A stretch of 64,000 nt of DNA from Ylistrum balloti (taxonomy: Eukaryota), in the NCBI RefSeq assembly GCF_031769215.1, contig NW_026781872.1:434001-498000 (forward strand), read 5' to 3'. Position 1 is the first letter of the stretch, and each line of letters opens with the position of its first letter. Positions 1 to 11,700 of this stretch are shown here, in pieces. The translations under genes were made by a program, and so were the position numbers. The notes beneath the pieces are model-generated. The model was not told the origin of the DNA. It worked only from the letters and a program-made list of their open reading frames with translations, and did not search any database.

Positions 1-530
1 CTTTAGGGGATCTAACATTTAATGTAGCTAATTCAAAGCTCAAAGTTTCTTCTCCTTGTTTAGATCTTAAGTTTTCAGTTCACAATTTACTTACTGATAG
101 TACAGGTATAGTGCTGGCGCTTTGTTTAGGGATCAAACGTGATTGGATTCACACCGAGACAAAAGTTGATTTGTTCCAGCACTATAATGTTGGTACCTTC
201 CTAGTAATAAATTTCATTTTAATAGTATGCGGGGGCCTGTAGGGAGATGTTTTGTTTTAGTATACTTATACAATTATAGCATTTGACTTACACTCCCTTT
301 TTCTCCAAATACAAAAAGATGTCACTGTTGTATTGTAACCCAACAGTGTCTCAATATTTTCCTTAGCCCGGAAGAAACATTACACAGACTTGTATATATT
401 GTTTAAATGTTTCACATGTGTATAAAATATGTTGACAAGATATAGCGTTAAACATAAATCGTTCATGAGATGAAAAAAAAAGAGGAAAAAATGTATAGGT
501 TCCGTTATGGTATACTTTGTATTTATTTGG

Positions 531-1190
531 GAACATGACCTTACTTACTTGGATTGGCCAAGTTTTACGTGGCGGGTGTCGTCTATGAAGCAGACGACGC
601 TTACTTTTCCGGAATACCTGGTCCTTTTTTCCATACCTTATTTAAGGTGCTTCCGTTTAAATGTTTCCTTTCTTCATTTGTAGACTTGAATCCATCCCAA
701 ATTTGTTCTTGATCATGATTTGTCTTTAAGTAAAAATACATTTATTGACCACGTCCACCGTATATATCCACCAGAATTGGAAATTCAAACCACAACAGAC
801 TATTGCACATCCGCCGCTTTTCTCGATCCTACAAAGAAACCAAAATGGACACCTTTCTATCATGCTGTATGATGAACGTTGTGATTCCAATTTTCTTATT
901 CTTCCTTTTCCATTTCTGGATAGTAAAAACTTTGCATCTCCAACCTATGCTATTTATTGTTATCGTTATCACGATTTCCCTGCAAGAATCCGTCAACTGG
1001 CGCACAAACTTGTAACATAGAATATCGAAAGGTGCAGGTTGATGAAAACAATGGGGAGGTTTTACAGTCGTCATAGTGATTTCTTTGATAAATTACATTT
1101 CTTTGAGCGATATGAAGCTGGACGTATTTGATGATCGTTGCTTGCCGGTTTTGTTCCGTTGCCTGATATATTGTTTTCTGTTGTTCACAT
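531..1190 (+). mobile_element. Decayed Penelope-like retroelement (PLE): 3' terminal motif (531-624) followed by RT C-terminal/thumb remnant (about 695-1080)
   Basis: Broken-frame translation IYPPELEIQTTTD..SAAFLD, LYDERCDSNF..FPFLDS, KLVT..RLMKTMGRFYSRH resembles the invertebrate PLE RT thumb (YPxELxIKDTT, LYDKRDDFNFxIVNFPFL). Confidence 0.75.
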
Positions 1191-3250
1191 TATTAAACAT
1201 TTATTGAATTTGAATTCTGATAATGATTATTTTGACATGATAGCATTTTCTTGTTTTTCGTAAAAATGTGGGTATTTTCTTTGTTGTTTGGTATATGAAT
1301 GTGTAATTCATTCATGTCTTGTACAAACTCACAATATATTTGATTGATTCAGAGCACCGTTTATGTAGATATTCTAAATAATTGTATTTCCAGAAACCAG
1401 CTTCCATCTAATCAGTTGCTTAAGAATTGAGAAATTCTACTGGAGTTTCTGTTATAGATTATCGATTAGTTGCAGATAAATCATGTTTACAGATTACCAC
1501 TGTGTTTCCAAAGGAAATATTTAAGAGCATTCTTGCATATCTCCCCCAATAAAGATGAAGGTGGGTGTGAAGAGTATCACGGGGGTGTGAAGAGTATCAA
1601 ATGGTAACGAAATGGTCACTGTATATACACACAATGACATAAACACATGGACATATATTTAGATGATTTCAGGTAGCCTGTTACATCACTTTTTTCGGTA
1701 CCTGGTTAGGTTCAGCATATATTCGCAAATGTCTCCTTGAGTCTTATACATTGACAATTGCGATGAATGCGTCTCATATGAGAATGCCTCATACAACTTT
1801 TTATGGACTGTGAGAACTTTTCTTTTCTTTTCGAGTTATTACCTTTAGCGTGGATAATTGACTAGGAAACCAATCAAGTTCAAACGTAGCACAATTTGTT
1901 TAGTACCTAAATTCACTTCTAGGGAGATGTAAGCAATACATATCAGAAACTTACTTAACCGGGCAGAGTTATAAATCTTTTGATCACGCAATAATATATT
2001 TTATCTTTCTATATATCTTACTTTTTGGTGTCATGTCTAGACATAACAAATCTAAGTCATTGACAGACATCGGTGAACAAGCGGCCTTCTCTATAATCTA
2101 TACAACGTCTTAAATATTCTCAATTCATAAAGGCAGAAGACTCCTTTATTGCTATAAAAGACAGTTAAACAGTCTAACCAACCAACCTAAAATAACCCTG
2201 ACCGTTACTAGGACATTTATCACCGAACAAAAAAAGGATAACGAGTAGAGTGTACCAGGCTGAGCCAGGAACCTGTCAATTCAATTAGGAAGCAAAGCTA
2301 GAATACTAGATAATGATATAAATGAAGTTGGTATTAGATAATTCCGTGACGTCAAAACCCCAGAGTAATATATGGTGTCAGATGGTATCAAATATAGCTC
2401 TCCATATCACGGAATGGACCTGTGTATCAGTAAAAAAATCCACAGCATATTTCATTTTAATTTCTAATTAACACGTGACCAAAAATTGGCATGATTAATT
2501 ATTGTACGTGTTTTTTTGTGAACCTAACCTAAAACACCACTGTCGGTAAGGGAAATAACATAATGCATATGCAGATCGTTTCTCAATCTTCACATTGTTT
2601 TCTTCATATACAGTTGTGATGTAGAATATCTATTTAAACCTGACAACAAAACAACAAATGTGTTTGTGAAAATTCATATCCGTTTTTTAACTGATGTGGT
2701 GTTTCGCGCTTAAGTTAGGTTATCTCCTGTACCAACATCGATTGAGTTCTCTCATATGTGCCCAGATAGGGCGGAACGTTAACAGTTTGAAAAATGATTT
2801 GCAGCCTTCCAATTCGTTATCGGACGCGTATTTATATAATCAGAGATTTCAAACATTCTAAGACATTTTCGTTTTCCTGTAATTTCGTTATATTTTTATC
2901 GTATAAATGAATTCACAATGGATTGGATTTTATTTATGATAGGTGTAGATTTCATGTATTCACCACATGTACCTGATACACCTCAACACTGATAGTCTCA
3001 GATGACTTTATCTAAATAACTAACCCGTTCCTGTGACCAATATGTATAAAGTGCCGGGCATAAAATGACAGTAATGTAACGGGACGGTGCTGTTTCATAT
3101 TTAACGATTCAGTACATAAACTCTCCCATAAGTACAGTACATTTTCATTAAAGCGCATACGATAAGAGCTGTTGGTTACATCATGCGAAACAGTACTAAA
3201 CAGTTCTAAACTGTCAATGATAACCATATCATTAACATGCAAAATACAGA

Positions 3251-4530
3251 GTAACATATAGTAACATATAGCTTGTTAAATCAGAGGGAGAATACATAAC
3301 ATATAGTAACATATAGTAACATATAGCTTGTTAAATCAGAGGAACAGTACATTACATATAGTAACATATAGTAACATATAGCTTGTTAAATCAGAGGAAC
3401 AGTACATTACATATAGTAACATATAGTTACATATCGTTTATTAAATCAAAGAAACAGTACATTACATACAGTAACATATAGTAACATATAGTTTGTTAAA
3501 TCAGAGAAACAGTATATTACATATAGTAACATATAGTTACATATAGCTTGTTAAATCAGAGAAACAGTACATTACATATAGTAATATATAGTAACATATA
3601 GTAACATATCCCTTAATATATGGAAACATATAGTAACATACAGCTTGTTAAATAGGAGAAAGAGCACAGAGCATATAGTAACATATATTAACATATAGCA
3701 TGTTAAATCAGAGGGATAATACATTACATATAGTAACATATAGTAACATATTCCTTGTTAAATCAGAGAAAGAGTACATACCATATAGTAACATATAGTA
3801 ACATATGGCTTGTTAAATCATAGAAAGATTACATAACAAATAGTAACATATAGTAACATATATTACATACAGTTACATATAGTAAAATATTCCTTATTTA
3901 ATCATAGAAACAGTTCATAACATATAGTAACATATGGTAACATATAGTAACATATAGCTTGTTAAATCAGAGAAACAGTACATAACACATAGTAACATCT
4001 GGTAACATATAACCTGGGGAGGGAGAATGCATAACATATAGTAACATATAGCTAGTTAAATCAGAGAAAGTACACAAAATATATAGTAACATATACCTTG
4101 TTAAATCAGAGAAAAAACACATAACACATAGTAACATATAGTAGCATATAGTATCATATAATTTGTTAAATCAGAGAAAAAATACATAACATATAGTAAC
4201 ATATAGTAACATATAGTTTGTTAAATCAGAGGGAGAATACATAACATATAGTAACATATAGTAACATATAGCTTGTTAAATCAGCGAAACAGTACATAAC
4301 ATATAGTAACATGTAGTAACATATAGTTTGTTAAATCAGAGGGAGAATACATAACATATAGTAACATATAGTAACATATAGCTTGTTAAATCAGCGAAAC
4401 AGTACATAACATATAGTAACATGTAGCTTGCTAAATCAGAGGAAGTGCACATAACATATAGTAACAGATAGTAGCATATTGTTTGTTACATCGGAGAAAT
4501 AGTACATAACGTTTAGCAACATATAGTAAC
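3251..4530. repeat. Compound minisatellite built from the 10-mer GTAACATATA plus a GCTTGTTAAATCAGAGAAACAGTACAT module (composite unit about 47-57 bp)
   Basis: Read directly. Runs of 1-3 GTAACATATA alternate with the TGTTAAATCAGAG module more than 20 times. Confidence 0.95.
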
Positions 4531-4927
4531 TTCTTATAAGTGTTTTCAGCTGAAAAAAAAATTTCCGATAGAACAAATTTGATAAGTTTGTTTATATTCA
4601 TTATTGAATACGATATTCCACGGAGTCCCGATAAATGCATAATTACCTCACTAATGAAGGAGATCCCTACCAAACTTGTCGGACTGACCATATATCACAC
4701 AATTTTTGCAGTTATATATAATGCTTGAGTCCGATCATGCTTTGAGTGCGCAAAGCACATGTACTGATGAAAACGGCACGGAGAACCTTCTCAGACATTT
4801 TGGCGTACTTTTCGTTTCGTTGATGTAGCGTCGTGTTCACTGTTCTCATTTGAAAGCACGCTATTTTTAGGAAAATAGTCTTATTGTCAAGCTATACACT
4901 CGATCGTCCTGTATGGTAAAAAATCAG

Positions 4928-5070
4928 GATTAGATATTTGAGACCCATGCCTATTCATTCGAAGATAGATATTTGAGAGTCATACCTATTCTTTCGGAGA
5001 TAGATATTTGACAATCATGCCTACTCATTCGGAGATAGACATTTGAGAGTCATGCCTGTTCATTTGGAGA
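4928..5070. repeat. 35-bp tandem repeat, 4 copies
   Basis: Consensus GATAGATATTTGAGAGTCATGCCTATTCATTCGGA is repeated four times with mismatches. Confidence 0.85.
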
Positions 5071-5729
5071 TCATTGGTTGGTAACATCAGCTCTACATCC
5101 CCACTATATGGTGTTAACATGTAGTTGTCCAATTAATAACCAAGGTATTTCCGATATCACGATTTTCTTGTCAGATGTCGGCAGCTGACAGACAAACTCC
5201 TGACATTAGAATTCGAGACATGCAGATTGGAGAAGGTCACGGAAGTTTTATGATCGTCATAATGCTCTCAGCGGGAATTATTCTTATTCCTTTTGCGATA
5301 TGATGTCCGTTGTGACTGGTGCTGTTCAGTTAGCGGGAAAACCTGATATTTTTCTCCTTTTACGTTTTCAGCAGTCTCCGTGTAAATATTTCTTTTATTA
5401 ATATTTTGCCCTAGTTTTATTTTGTTTGGATAATCAGGTTGTCAGTATTGTCTTTGTTGTTTTCGTAGCCCTAACCAAGAGGAGACCATTATTGCTACCA
5501 CTGCTTACTACTGAAGGACGCTCAAAACTGTGAACCTGTTACCGTCTGAACTAAAACTGGTTGCTACTAATGCTAAACATTATATTATGATACATGTACC
5601 GAAACAACACACATTAAAATTCCACCAAATAGTGTATCCAAATTACGAGTTTGTTTGATGAAACATAAAAATCAATTAAAATTACCTTCTTAAGATCAAT
5701 ATTGAGAAAATGTCGCTTTTCTTTCACAG

Positions 5730-8700
5730 GTACAGTCATTTGTCGTATCAGCCCCTAACGACACGATTACAGAATCCAGGACGTGGTTGGTCCGAGGAGT
5801 ATTCTATCAGCGCAACTAATTTCGATCCTGTTCAGGTGAGATAATAACGTTTCGTCAATAAATATCAATAGTTTTCGTGTAAGTATGTACGTACAACAAT
5901 CCTACAATCTTGCTTGTATAGGTTTCAAGCTTGTCCAAGAAATATTGTATAACTTCAGTTCATTCCAATAGTGGTACGGATCTGATTATACAAACATGGG
6001 TTTAGATCTTAAAAAACACCATGTAAACGATAACAGATACAATATTTTCATATCCACATTTCTTCAAACTTTCTCCTAAATTACTTCTTCCTTGTTATTA
6101 CAAAATCTGTTTAGTGTGATTACGAGGAAACAGTGTAAATGACCTCGCCATATCTGGATAGGAACTTCTTAACAGAGGTCATAAGATAACATGACTTCGG
6201 AGATTGGCATGAAAGTAAAGCTGGTCTATAAATCGTACTTGATATAATTAGTAAAATAAATCATTTTTAAATGTTTAAGATAGTTACGTTTTCGAAGAAG
6301 TCTTTTTTCATCTTTTTTTTTTTTTTTTTTATTTTTTACTTATTTTACACTTATATTGAAAATTGTCATAGTTAGCGATTTGATCACCATACGAAATAGA
6401 TTTGGGTCGCCGTTACCCCTTCCGAGATTTTGTTCTCTGACCTTCCTTAGTCTCCGTCAATGTGATCACTTTTATGACACTAAATGACGTTACTATTAGG
6501 ATTCTGAATATCTATCTACATAATAACCCTAGGTATCTTGATATTTTCATTTCTATCCTATATGTGCTGCTCTTGTGCTTCGTGTTCAATTCTGTGTGTC
6601 CGTCTTGATCATGAAAACCTGGCTGTTGCGTGACGAAAATATCATGTCCAGTAGTTATATGATGTTATTTAACGTATTTGAAATGACTTATTTTACAGCT
6701 AATCCAACTGGACTCACTGCGTCTCACTACTGGCAGCACTTTAGTACATCGGCATTACACCCTTGAAGACTTCAAAACTACACCAATATCTCCCAACTTT
6801 TTAGAGAGAGTAGAGAAGGATTTTGCGACCATCAGAGAGGCCGGTTTTATGGTTGTCCTGAGATTTAGTTACAAGAAAGGACTGATGGGAGAGGTAGGAT
6901 TTCTCAGTATGTGTGAAAGCGGAATATTCGCCACATGCAATCTGGGCTGCTTGTATTATAGGTGATTTACGTGATTATGTGACTGAGGTGTTTGATAAAC
7001 AATCAGTGCACCAATCCGTCGTATTTGTAGTATTTTAAGCTAACGATACAACGCTAGATACTAGTTTTAAGTTGATTAATCATATTCAAAAAGAAATTCA
7101 GACAAATCAGAATAGGTTTTTACGATGCTTGAATTTTTGTATCATTCGATATATGCTTTGCAACAATAAATACACGATTAATTACCATCTATTTAATTGT
7201 AAATGAGTAAACGATCGCTTTGCTTGTGTGTTTAATGATCAATAAAATACAAACGCAACACCAAACATAAACTGTGTCAAGCATATTAGGAAAAGTTAAC
7301 AAAGTAAGGTGAATATTAGTATGTTTTACAGTTTCTACAATAACATTATTTCACCACAGTCTCTCAGTGGTGTTAAAGCTGACAATGCAAATTAAGAAAG
7401 TTAATTTTGAAATAAAGAATGCTTTTGTCTCCCAAATGCTTAGAAGTTCCCTTTGATATCTTCCGGTCAGTGTATCTAAGGCAGTGGTCGACAGTGTAGT
7501 ACAAGCCTTGCTTGGAAACGAGTACGGGCATCCCGGGGTACGGGCATCCCGGGGTATAGCCGTCTTTAAACCTGTCAAACCGGTTTACATTTCAATATTG
7601 ATCGCCCGAAGTTAAACTCACCTGTATATATTATATGAGTACAATTACCCGTGACCCAAAAAGAGTGCACTCAACTGAGAACCTGAGGACTTTGAAGTTG
7701 CGTGAAAATGATCAGTACTTCCCAGCTATACACAATTAAAAATATATATATATATAATTCAACTGATAACACAACAAACTTCCAGTAGTCCATCCCAACA
7801 CACGTGCATATGCAACACATTAAAGTAACGACCAATTTTACTATGTCACTATAGTGCTTGAAAAATGCTGTATAACGACTATTTTTTATTTATGTTTCAC
7901 AAGCTTGGTCGTGTAAATGTTTTACTAGTAAAACAAAGGGGTGGTGATCATGACCTCGAAGAAAATAAATGGAAACAGGAAAACTTAAAACGCAGAAATT
8001 TATGTCTGTACCATGGAAAAACAAGATAGGGTTTGCCGTAGTTATTCATTTATTGTATTTGCATGTTTTCCTCCAAAACACACGACTAAAGATGTGCAAT
8101 TTGTAACTTTATTGATGTTAAATTCGGTTATTTTGCTAATGTTATTTATGTCTGAACAACATATATAGATACGTGTTCAATGTCGAATTCCATGTCGAAA
8201 TCCAACTTCATCGGTCATTCGGAAGACAAAATGAAAGCGAGTAAATGTTCTTATGCATTGTACCAATTAGTTGCGTTGCGCCGTCACTGAATAATGATAA
8301 CTGTTCGCAGGCCTGATATACACTAGGATACCTGTACACGTTTCCAAGCAAGACTGGGACTACAATGACCGTAAGCTATCGTTAGTTTAGGGTCTCGGAA
8401 GTATTCTATGAAAATATAGAAGGATTTTTTTAAACTTGAATTGTCAGCTTTAGTAGTATTTCTGACCATCCCCAGGGACAATATGGCGACGCCACCAAGG
8501 ATATCATGAAAGTTCACATTTCCCAGCTGAAGCCGCTATTCTGGAACTATCGTGGTATCATATTAGCCGTTCAAGCAGGCTTTATCGGAACATGGGGTAA
8601 GCCGCTTTTTAAGCCTAAGATTTTTTTTTTCAACTGAAAATTATGCATACCATTCGGTGAATATGCAATTTCCTGTGCTTTCATGTTTCATCAATCGTCG

Positions 8701-11700
8701 TGCGCCTTCCGCAATCTTCCTTCAAACTTCTTCCAAACAAATTTGGTATGACGCATAATGGGAAGAAGGCAATTATTTGCTAAATAAATTAAGTAAATTT
8801 TATCATGGTTAACAAGTGGACGGGATAGAAAAGGAGAAATTCAAAAATGTGTGTGTGAATATGGAAATTATCTACATGTTTGCTATAAAAAGGTACTCAA
8901 TAACCATGAAAATGGGTAATTAGATAATATTTTCATTAAACCTCTTCTCTGAAGATAAAAGGATGAGCACCAAAGGAAGAATAATTACATTTGGTCTGAA
9001 ATCTCTCTGGTTAAGGGCAGTGGTGTTTGTAAGAAATATCCTCTTCCTTGGAAATGTTTGAAAACAGGTCTTATTGGAAATTTGCTAGTTGTTTGATTAT
9101 CAAAGTGATAATATTTTCCCTACCTGAGTGTCTGCTGTCAGATGACTGAACTATCGGTAAGGTGATACCACATTCGGTCATATTTTACTGACAACTGACT
9201 TCAATCGTCCTGGTAGATTGTACATCTATGTTGTTCGCCCTGCTATACTACCATTAGGCTGTCACAACCTATTTTCAATCTCTCGATAAACCAGAGTTGC
9301 CAAAACACATTTTCAGAAAATGGGTTACTTTAGCCATGCAAGCAGTCATCGCCCGTCAGCATCAGATTGTACAATATCTTAAACTATCTTTCTTTTTTAC
9401 GTTCAGGCGAATGGTATTATACAGATCATTTCGGATACCCTCCACCTTTGAACTCTGACAACTACAAAGATCGTCGTGAAATTGTTGAAAGCTTACTTGA
9501 TGCTGTTCCAGATGATCTGTAATTATTGTTTTTTTTATATGTGTATAACCGTTATTTGTGTACAAATACATGCCCAATGCTATCTGCTATAAACTTTTAA
9601 CGCTTTTTATACTTCGTCTATCAAGGCTATCTTTAATTATGATTTTACCGTGCTTAATTAAATTTTGTAAACGAGAAAATACATCTACTGGACAAAACAA
9701 GTGAAGGATCATAAAATGTTACGATGAGAAGATGATATATTGCCTTTATTTGTATCCCCAACTTTCTTCAAAGTGGTGGCAATAACGGATAGAAGGGCAT
9801 CCCGATGGTATGTTATACCGTACTGACAAACTTCGATGGTGTTAAAAAGATTTATGCTGGATTCTGCTGAAATTCTTGGGTTTGATTTAAGTTATTCTCA
9901 AGCTGAGATTTCGTAATATTTTTGACATTTTTGCATAGTTTAACCAAGGGAACCATGCAAAGACATGTACGTGATATGAAAGAGGCACGGGAGTCACTCT
10001 GATTGTGGTCTAACAATTATTCAAATCTCTGTTTTTGTGAATACGTTACGAGATATTGATACAATATGTACTTGTTATCTGCTCTTGTTAGCAACGAACA
10101 CAAATAAATCTGTATGTTTCTTGCCTTTATTGATTTCAATATATGTAAACTGTAAAATGTTTTCTTTAGGTTTTTTTAACATCGAAGTTGCTTTCATTTC
10201 ATGATCTTCATCTGATTTGTTCAGATTGTTTTCATATCTTTCAAAACAAAACCCATTTCATATTTTGCTTATTTACATTTCATTCATTTAAACGTATCAC
10301 TTAATTAAATTGTATGAATCATCAGAACGTGAAATCTGAAATCGTATGTCAGTTTGTTTTTTTCTCTTCCAATAAAGTCAAATTCAGCTCCGAGCACCAG
10401 TATTTAAACGTGAGATGTATAGCTATCAACCTACTTCCATCGTTGACCTGTTGCAATACAACAGAAAGCGAAACGTGAAATCACGTATAGGTGAGTAGAA
10501 AAAAGACATTAGATAGTACTATGTATTATTGTATAACTAAACAAGTTGTTTCAAGCGAAATCCCTAAATGTTATTTAGCATGGACGCTGTGTTTCATGAA
10601 TAGTATGATTGTAACAAGAAATGTAATTGCAGTGCTATCAACATACTGAAGACTGTCGATAAGCTTAATCTTAATATGTATAAAACAGCAGTACGTGTAG
10701 GTATGTTTTTTATCTAGAGTTGGATATCAATCGAACATGTGGATGACATGTTTAAGGTTTCATTTTAAAGGTCACCATAACGACTGCTTCCTGGCCGATT
10801 CCACAGACCGCGGCACATACTCCAATTTCAACGTTGAGTTTAACTACATGCGAGAGGACACGACACATGTTATCATGGGCGGCGAGACATGCGCATTAGA
10901 TAATGAGAGAGGCAGGCAAGACGGTCATGACTTAAATGACACATAATATTAAAAATGTTCTTGATAAATTACTATTATTAATTTGACCAACGTAGTTATT
11001 GCCTTTTACATGGAGGAATAAGCAATAGGTTGTATTGAAGCTGTTCTGTTCAATTATTCAAACGATCAAATAATGTCTTCATTACGATGACGGCATATAT
11101 GTAATCAATCATATCCCCAGGGTATATATCATTGTACAGACAGAACATATATGATACATAATGATAATTATCGGTATTTTTTTATTTTCCAGAACATTAC
11201 ACTGATCTTAGAATATCCCCAAATTTTCGGCTTTTTCGGAGTTTTGTTGCAACACACATTTACTGAATTACAGTTTGAAAGAAATGATTGTTCTCCCTTA
11301 CATTGGTAATTGGTAAGCAAATGCATAATGATCATTGCAGACATGTTTGCTCAAATGCTGAACAAGAACTTGAGGCACTCCACTTCACCTTCCTATCTCA
11401 ATCCTACCATAAGGCAGTCCTTTCAAACTGGACAACAGACGGTTGTTATGATTTATTCGCAGCTAAGCTGGGATACACAATGGCTCTTGTAGAGGTAAGA
11501 CTCATACAAACGACTAGAATTGAATTTTAAAAAAGCTTGTATTGATTGAGTTTCAGGTTTTGATACACCTTTTAGTTATTGGAAACACAACTCTATTTTA
11601 TCTTGTATCACTCTTCCCTATTTTTAAAGTATTTATCAGTAAAATGCTTTGAGACGTATTCACATTACCTGTGTATGTGTGTGTTCCCATTCATCTTGCA

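Noticed and set aside
1-70. Minus-strand ...SFELATLNVRSPK resembling a LINE endonuclease N-terminus
   Set aside because: The match is only about 8 residues at the window edge with an upstream in-frame stop, so it cannot be supported.
531-624. Hammerhead ribozyme or SECIS in the PLE terminal motif
   Set aside because: There is no CTGATGA...GAAA core. The ATGA lies in a 7-nt loop and lacks the SECIS helix/AA-loop/GA geometry.
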